From Squalus acanthias (Eukaryota), in contig CM059425.1 of NCBI GenBank assembly GCA_030390025.1, positions 15,500,001 through 15,564,000 of the forward strand: a DNA stretch of 64,000 nt, in the 5' to 3' direction. Below the pieces are notes generated by a model. The model was not told where the DNA came from, searched no databases, and saw only the letters and a list, made by a program, of their open reading frames with translations. Shown here one piece after another: positions 59,001 to 64,000 of this stretch (position 1 is its first letter; each line of letters starts with the position of its first letter). A program made the translations under genes and the position numbers.

Positions 59001-60451
59001 AATTATACACAGTACTCCAGGTGTGGTCTCACCAAGGCCCTACATAATTGGAGTAAGCTCCATCAACAGAACCTCCGCTCCGACTGTAGAAGGATGATGC
59101 TCCCATGGTGCTACGTGCAAGTGCTGCCCTACAGAGTGGCAAGGATGGTGGCTTCTCCATAGCCATGGTTTCCAAGACATTGAGCTCCAATGCGACGCGT
59201 CTCCTCTGTGGGAGGAAAAATATATACACACAAGATGGCAAGCAACTTAGCGCCGGGTTAGAGAAGGGCAAGGGCGCAGGTTTGGGCAGGGTCACAGAGT
59301 CATAACAGCACAGAAGGAGGCCATTTGGCCCATCGAGTCCGTGCCGGCTCTCTGTGGAGCGATCCAGTCAGTCCCATTCCTCCGCTCTATCCCGTAGCCC
59401 TGCAACTTTATTTCCCTCAAGTGCCTATCCAGTCTCCCCTTGAAAACATTGAGTGTCTCCGCTTCCACCACTTCTGTCGGCAGCGAATTCCAGGTCCTCA
59501 CCACTCGCTGCGTAAATTTTTTTTCCTCACATCCCCCCTGTATCTCTTGCCCAAAACCTTAAATCTGTGTCCCCTAGTCCTTGTACCATCAACTAGTGGG
59601 AACAGCCTTTCCCAGTCTAGCCTATCCAAACCCGTCATAATCTTGTACACCTCTATCAAATCACCCATCAACCTCCTTTGCTCTAATGAAAACAAATCCA
59701 GCTTCTCCAACCTGTCCTTGTAGCTAAGATCCCCCATCCCCGGAACCATTCTGGTAAATCTCCTCTGCACCCTCTCAAGCGCCTTCACATCCTTCCTAAA
59801 GTGTGGTGACCAGAACTGGATGCAATACTCCAGTTGTGGCCTAACCAGCGCTTTATAAAGGTTCAGCATAACTTCTCTACTTTTGTACTCAATACCTCTA
59901 TTTATGAAGCCCAAGATCCCATATGCTTTGCTAACCACTCTCTCAATATGTCCTGCCATATTCAGGGACCTATGCACATCAACTCCCAGGTCCCTCTGTC
60001 CCTGCACACTCTTTAAAACTGTGCCATTAAGTGTATATTGCCTCTCCCTGTTCCTTCTGCCAAAATGCATCACCTCACACTTCTCTGTATTAAATTCCAT
60101 CTGCCACTGTCTGCCCATTCTGCTAGCCTTTCTATGTCCTGTTGCAGTCGATTGGTATCATCATCACTGTGGTGGACAGGGGATGGTGCATTTCCCTGAT
60201 TGGAATGGTTTCAAGTCGCTGGTTAAATCTTACCATGGGCAGCCTCCCATAATCCGTTCAGGACCCGTAACAGAGTGGTCTTTCCAGTGCCCGTGTTGCC
60301 CGTTATCAAGAGGCTGTGCCCCGCGGTGATCTTCAGGGTTAGGTTTTTCACCAACAGCTCCTCGGAGGACGGGGTAGCAAAGGACACCTGTTCCAGGATA
60401 AAAGCCGTACCACCTGACTCCTCCCCCTCCTCTCCCGAATCCAAATTGTCG
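43937..60451 (-). CDS. ABCD4: ATP-binding cassette sub-family D member 4 (lysosomal cobalamin transporter); 3' eight coding exons encoding the NBD
   Basis: Eight exons join in frame: Walker [10 protein letters not shown]-loop [20 protein letters not shown], signature [11 protein letters not shown], Walker [12 protein letters not shown]-loop SVGHR and C-terminal GGGKWEL, all resembling ABCD4. Confidence 0.96.
44877..44992 (-). CDS. ABCD4: ABCD4 exon (~exon 18), 116 bp
   Basis: ctccccag|TA...AAG|gtggga; (V)[38 protein letters not shown]. Confidence 0.95.
45750..46050 (+). mobile_element. Degenerate Penelope-like GIY-YIG endonuclease fragment
   Basis: SNLV..[22 protein letters not shown]...DPELPVAHH...; broken by stops and frameshifts. 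Confidence 0.55.
46306..46382 (-). CDS. ABCD4: ABCD4 exon (~exon 17), 77 bp
   Basis: ctctccag|G...GCAG|gtttgt; [25 protein letters not shown]. Confidence 0.94.
46770..47110 (+). mobile_element. Old SINE-like repeat, fourth family (pieces near 3630, 18440, 19070, 24510, 31420, 35430, 41170, 43340, 44250)
   Basis: Recurrent motifs CAGACCAG..GGTCCCAGGTTCGAT, TGAGTTAGC.G.TCTC.GC, GGTCGAATAGCC and GAATGGCCACTTGG in several diverged copies. Confidence 0.5.
47890..47942 (-). CDS. ABCD4: ABCD4 exon (~exon 16), 53 bp
   Basis: tttctttaag|GTG...TG|gtgaga; [17 protein letters not shown](W). Confidence 0.92.
48698..49127. repeat. 69-bp minisatellite, ~6 copies
   Basis: GAACCCCTCGATTAGATTCCAGCCTGTAA... 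starts at 48703, 48772, 48841, 48910, 48979, 49049 and 49119. Confidence 0.93.
49460..49736 (-). mobile_element. CR1 LINE 3' tail fragment
   Basis: ACATAAGAACATAAG tail plus 3' UTR homologous to the copies at 4200 and 50342. Confidence 0.8.
50194..50243 (-). CDS. ABCD4: ABCD4 exon (~exon 15), 50 bp
   Basis: ccccttag|GT...TTG|gtgagt; (G)[16 protein letters not shown]. Confidence 0.9.
50342..55022 (-). mobile_element. Near-full-length CR1-clade LINE (5' UTR, ORF1 zinc finger/leucine zipper plus SGNH esterase, ORF2 APE endonuclease plus RT, 3' tail), frameshifted
   Basis: ORF1 54371-53422: Cys-rich knuckle, coiled coil, GDSIIRG/HVGTND/DGLHL esterase motifs. ORF2 53383-50430: [46 protein letters not shown]. 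Tail ...TTCTTATGT at the 50342 end. At least three frame breaks. Confidence 0.95.
55029..55065 (-). CDS. ABCD4: ABCD4 exon (~exon 14), 37 bp
   Basis: ttgaacag|GTG...CCAG|gtatgt; [12 protein letters not shown](G). Confidence 0.92.
55185..56700. repeat. Pyrimidine-rich minisatellite with 31-, 27- and 23-bp unit blocks
   Basis: Core GTGCTCCCACTCTCCCT...GCCC. Confidence 0.93.
57122..58038. repeat. Extremely C-rich degenerate tandem repeat
   Basis: CCCCACATTCCCCC and CCCTCCGCCCGGCCCC motifs with long C runs. Confidence 0.9.
58072..58163 (-). CDS. ABCD4: ABCD4 exon (~exon 13), 92 bp
   Basis: tttgcag|GG...CAG|gtaaaa; (G)[30 protein letters not shown]. Confidence 0.95.
58474..59046 (-). mobile_element. 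CR1 LINE 3' fragment
   Basis: [12 protein letters not shown] start, [34 protein letters not shown] tail. Confidence 0.88.
59292..60135 (-). mobile_element. CR1 LINE 3' fragment
   Basis: [16 protein letters not shown]...[15 protein letters not shown]...WNSLP. Confidence 0.9.
60234..60451 (-). CDS. ABCD4: ABCD4 exon (~exon 12), 218 bp
   Basis: cttctccag|C...CATG|gtaaga; [72 protein letters not shown]. Confidence 0.93.
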
Positions 60452-60635
60452 CTGGAGAAGATCAGAATGACAGTGTTAGCATTATTACCAGTTCTCAGAG
60501 GCCTGAATGCCCCCAGACTGTATATAGTAGACATATAAACACACGTGTGTGTGAGTGAGTGTCTGTATATGTATGCATGTGGGGGTGAGACGCTGTGATT
60601 AACAGCGGCCGACAACCTTGGTAGTATTTCACTTA

Positions 60636-61086
60636 CAGCCGTGGCTCAGTGGGTAGCACTCTAGCCTGAGTCAGAAGGTTGTGGGTTCAAGTCCCACTCC
60701 AGAGGTTTGAGCACAAAATCTAGGCTGACACTTCCAGTGCAGTACTGAAGGAGTGCTGCACTGTCAGAGGTGCCGTCTTTCAGATGAACTGTTAAACCGA
60801 GGCCCCGTCTGCTCTCTCAGGTGGACGTAAAAGATTCCATGGCACAATTTTGATGAAGAGCGGGGGAGTTCTCCCCGGTGTCCTGGCCAATATTTATCCT
60901 TCAACCAACATCACTAAAACAGATTATCTGGTCATTATCACATTGCTGTTTGTGGGAGCTTGCTGTGCTCAAATTGGCTGCCGCATTTCCCACATTATAA
61001 CAGTGACTACACTTCAAAAATACTTCATTGGCTGTAAAGCGCTTTGGGACATGAACGGCGCTATTGAAATGCAGGTCTTCCTTTCA
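60636..61086 (+). mobile_element. Deu-domain SINE
   Basis: CAGCCGTGGCTCAGTGGGTAGCAC...GGTTCAAGTCCC head; Deu core. Confidence 0.88.
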
Positions 61087-61315
61087 TTATAGTTTGTGAG
61101 TGAAACCTGGCAGAGTTCTATGTTATCAGAACCACATAATAGATTAAATTCAAGGCTGCTGCAACATTAGAAACGGTAAAAATTATTAAACATGAAACAG
61201 GAAGGATGGTGTAGTACATAAATACAAGTTGTTGTTGTTGTTAAAGAAGGATATTATTTAAGACTTTCTGTTCATGGTGCAGTGGCCCAGGAGTTCAAAT
61301 CCACCCCATACAGAT

Positions 61316-63965
61316 GGTGCTGTGACAGAGGACACTGGGACAGGATGAAGACCTTCGCTCGGTGCTGGGACAGAGGACACTGGGACAGGATGAACGCATT
61401 CGCTCGGTGCTGTGACAGAGGACACTGGGACAGGATGAAGACCTTCGCTCGGTGCTGGGACAGAGGACACTGGGACAGGATGAACACATTCGCTCGGTGC
61501 TGGGACAGAGGACACTGGGACAGGATGAAGACCTTCGCTCGGTGCTGGGACAGAGGACACTGGGACAGGATGAGGCCCTTCGCTCGGTGCTGGGACAGAG
61601 GACACGGGGACAGGATGAGGCCATTCGCTCGGTGCTGGGACAGAGGACACGGGGACAGGATGAGGCCCTTCGCTCGGTGCTGGGACAGAGGACACTGGGA
61701 CAGGATGAGGCCCTTCGCTCGGTGCTGGGACAGAGGACACTGGGGCAGGATGAAGACCTTCGCTCGGTGCTGGGACAGAGGACACTGGGGCAGAATGAAG
61801 ACCTTCGCTCGGTGCTGGGACAGAGGACACTGGGGCAGGATGAAGACCTTCGCTCGGTGCTGGGACAGAGGACACTGGGACAGGATGAAGACCTTCGCTC
61901 GGTGCTGGGACAGAGGACACTGGGACAGGATGAAGACCTTCGCTCAGTGCTGGGACAGAGGACACTGGGACAGGATGAGGCCCTTCGCTCGGTGCTGGGA
62001 CAGAGGACACTGGGACAGGATGAGGCCCTTCGCTCGGTGCTGTGACAGAGGACACTGGGACAGGATGAGGCCCTTCGCTTGGTGCTGTGACAGAGGACAC
62101 TGGGACAGGATGAAGACCTTCGCTCGGTGCTGGGACAGAGGACACTGGGACAGGATGAAGACCTTCGCTCGGTGCTGGGACAGAGGACACTGGGACAGGA
62201 TGAAGACCTTTGCTCGGTGCTGGGACAGAGGACACTGGGACAGGATGAGGCCCTTCGTTCGGTGCTGGGACAGAGGACACTGGGGCAGGATGAACACATT
62301 CACTCAGTGCTGGGACAGAGGACACTGGGGCAGGATGAAGACCTTTGCTCGGTGCTGGGACAGAGGACACTGGGACAGGATGAGGCCCGTCGCTCGGTGC
62401 TGGGACAGAGGACACGGGGGCAGGATGAAGACCTTCGCTCGGTGCTGGGACAGAGGACACGGGGACAGGATGAAGACCTTCGCTCGGTGCTGGGACAGAG
62501 GACACTGGGGCAGGATGAAGACCTTCGCTCGGTGCTGGGACAGAGGACACTGGGGCAGGATGAAGACCTTCGCTCGGTGCTGGGACAGAGGACACTGGGG
62601 CAGGATGAAGACCTTTGCTCGGTGCTGGGACAGAGGATACTGGGACAGGATGAGGCCCTTCGCTCGGTGCTGGGACAGAGGACACTGGGACAGGATGAAG
62701 ACCTTCGCTCGGTGCTGGGACAGAGGACACTGGGACAGGATGAGGCCCTTCGCTCAGTGCTGGGACAGAGGACACTGGGACAGGATGAGGCCATTCACTC
62801 AGTGCTGGGACAGAGGACACTGGGACAGGATGAAGACCTTCGCTCGGTGCTGGGACAGAGGACACTGGGACAGGATGAAGACCTTCGCTCGGTGCTGGGA
62901 CAGAGGACACTGGGACAGGATGAGGCCATTCACTCGGTGCTGGGACAGAGGACACTGGGGCAGGATGAAGACCTTCGCTCGGTGCTGGGACAGAGGACAC
63001 TGGGACAGGATGAGGCCATTCACTCGGTGCTGGGACAGAGGACACGGGGGCAGGATGAAGACCTTCGCTCGGTGCTGGGACAGAGGACACTGGGACAGGA
63101 TGAACACATTCGCTCGGTGCTGGGACAGAGGACACTGGGGCAGGATGAAGACCTTCGCTCGGTGCTGGGACAGAGGACACTGGGGCAGGATGAAGACCTT
63201 CGCTCGGTGCTGGGACAGAGGACACTGGGACAGGATGAGGCCATTCACTCGGTGCTGGGACAGAGGACACTGGGACAGGATGAGGCCCTTCGCTCGGTGC
63301 TGGGACAGAGGACACTGGGACAGGATGAGGCCCTTTGCTCGGTGCTGGGACAGAGGACACTGGGACAGGATGAAGACCTTCGCTCGGTGCTGGGACAGAG
63401 GACACTGGGACAGGATGAAGACCTTCGCTCGGTGCTGGGACAGAGGACACTGGGGCAGGATGAAGACCTTCGCTCGGTGCTGGGACAGAGGACACTGGGA
63501 CAGGATGAGGCCCTTCACTCGGTGCTGGGACAGAGGACACTGGGACAGGATGAGGCCCTTTGCTTGGTGCTGGGACAGAGGACACTGGGACAGGATGAGG
63601 CCCTTTGCTTGGTGCTGGGACAGAGGACACTGGGGCAGGATGAAGACCTTCGCTCGGTGCTGGGACAGAGGACACTGGGACAGGATGAAGACCTTCGCTC
63701 GGTGCTGTGACAGAGGACACTGGGACAGGATGAAGACCTTCGCTCGGTGCTGGGACAGAGGACACTGGGACAGGATGAAGACCTTCGCTCGGTGCTGGGA
63801 CAGAGGACACTGGGGCAGGATGAAGACCTTCGCTCGGTGCTGGGACAGAGGACACTGGGGCAGGATGAAGACCTTTGCTCGGTGCTGGGACAGAGGATAC
63901 TGGGGCAGGATGAGGCCCTTCACTCGGTGCTGGGACAGAGGACACTGGGACAGGATGAAGACCTT
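61316..63965. repeat. 45-bp satellite, ~59 copies
   Basis: Unit CGCTCGGTGCTGGGACAGAGGACACTGGGACAGGATGAAGACCTT. Confidence 0.97.
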
Positions 63966-64000
63966 TCTTTTTAACTCTAATTTGTTTTCCCACTTTTCCT

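Noticed and set aside
59047..59225. Strong acceptor (TTTTTCCTCCCACAG, minus strand) suggesting an extra ABCD4 exon
   Set aside because: No convincing donor, no ABCD similarity, and the flanking exons already join in frame.
60636..60705. tRNA genes (A/B boxes here and at other SINE heads)
   Set aside because: These are tRNA-derived SINE heads continuing into SINE bodies; no complete cloverleaf or terminator seen.
61316..63965. CRISPR-like regular array (also 6990-7627 and 48698-49127)
   Set aside because: No unique spacers, no cas genes, vertebrate context; simple tandem repeats.
61258..63993. 911-aa Pro/Ser/Val-rich ORF (mucin-like) and overlapping ORFs
   Set aside because: Translation of a 45-bp satellite, open in several frames on both strands, within a presumed ABCD4 intron and with no unique domain.

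Overview
Eukaryotic, repeat-rich genomic DNA, almost certainly from a cartilaginous fish (shark-type tRNA-derived Deu-domain SINEs, an HE1-like V-SINE and abundant CR1 LINEs). Two spliced protein-coding genes lie tail-to-tail. On the + strand are the last nine coding exons (11152-38892) of a mitochondrial-type acetyl-CoA synthetase of the ACSS1 family. On the - strand are the last eight coding exons (60451-43937) of ABCD4, covering the whole nucleotide-binding domain. All 17 exons were read by hand with canonical AG/GT boundaries and consistent phases; the 5' parts of both genes were not found and probably lie outside the window. Introns are filled with CR1, L2, RTE, RTE-X, Tx1 and Penelope fragments, at least four SINE families, MITE-like palindromes and several minisatellites. 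Most long ORFs in the track are repeat artefacts. I see no clearly new multi-gene system. The best leads are: (1) the ACSS1 gene next to ABCD4 is probably the ohnologue (ACSS1B-type) that mammals lack; (2) a near-full-length CR1 LINE sits 6 nt downstream of an ABCD4 splice donor and supplies an in-frame alternative donor; (3) Penelope-derived hammerhead-ribozyme motifs; (4) a near-perfect ~107-nt intronic hairpin; (5) a strong antisense bias of Deu-SINEs. Exon numbers follow the human genes as I recall them; no database search was run.
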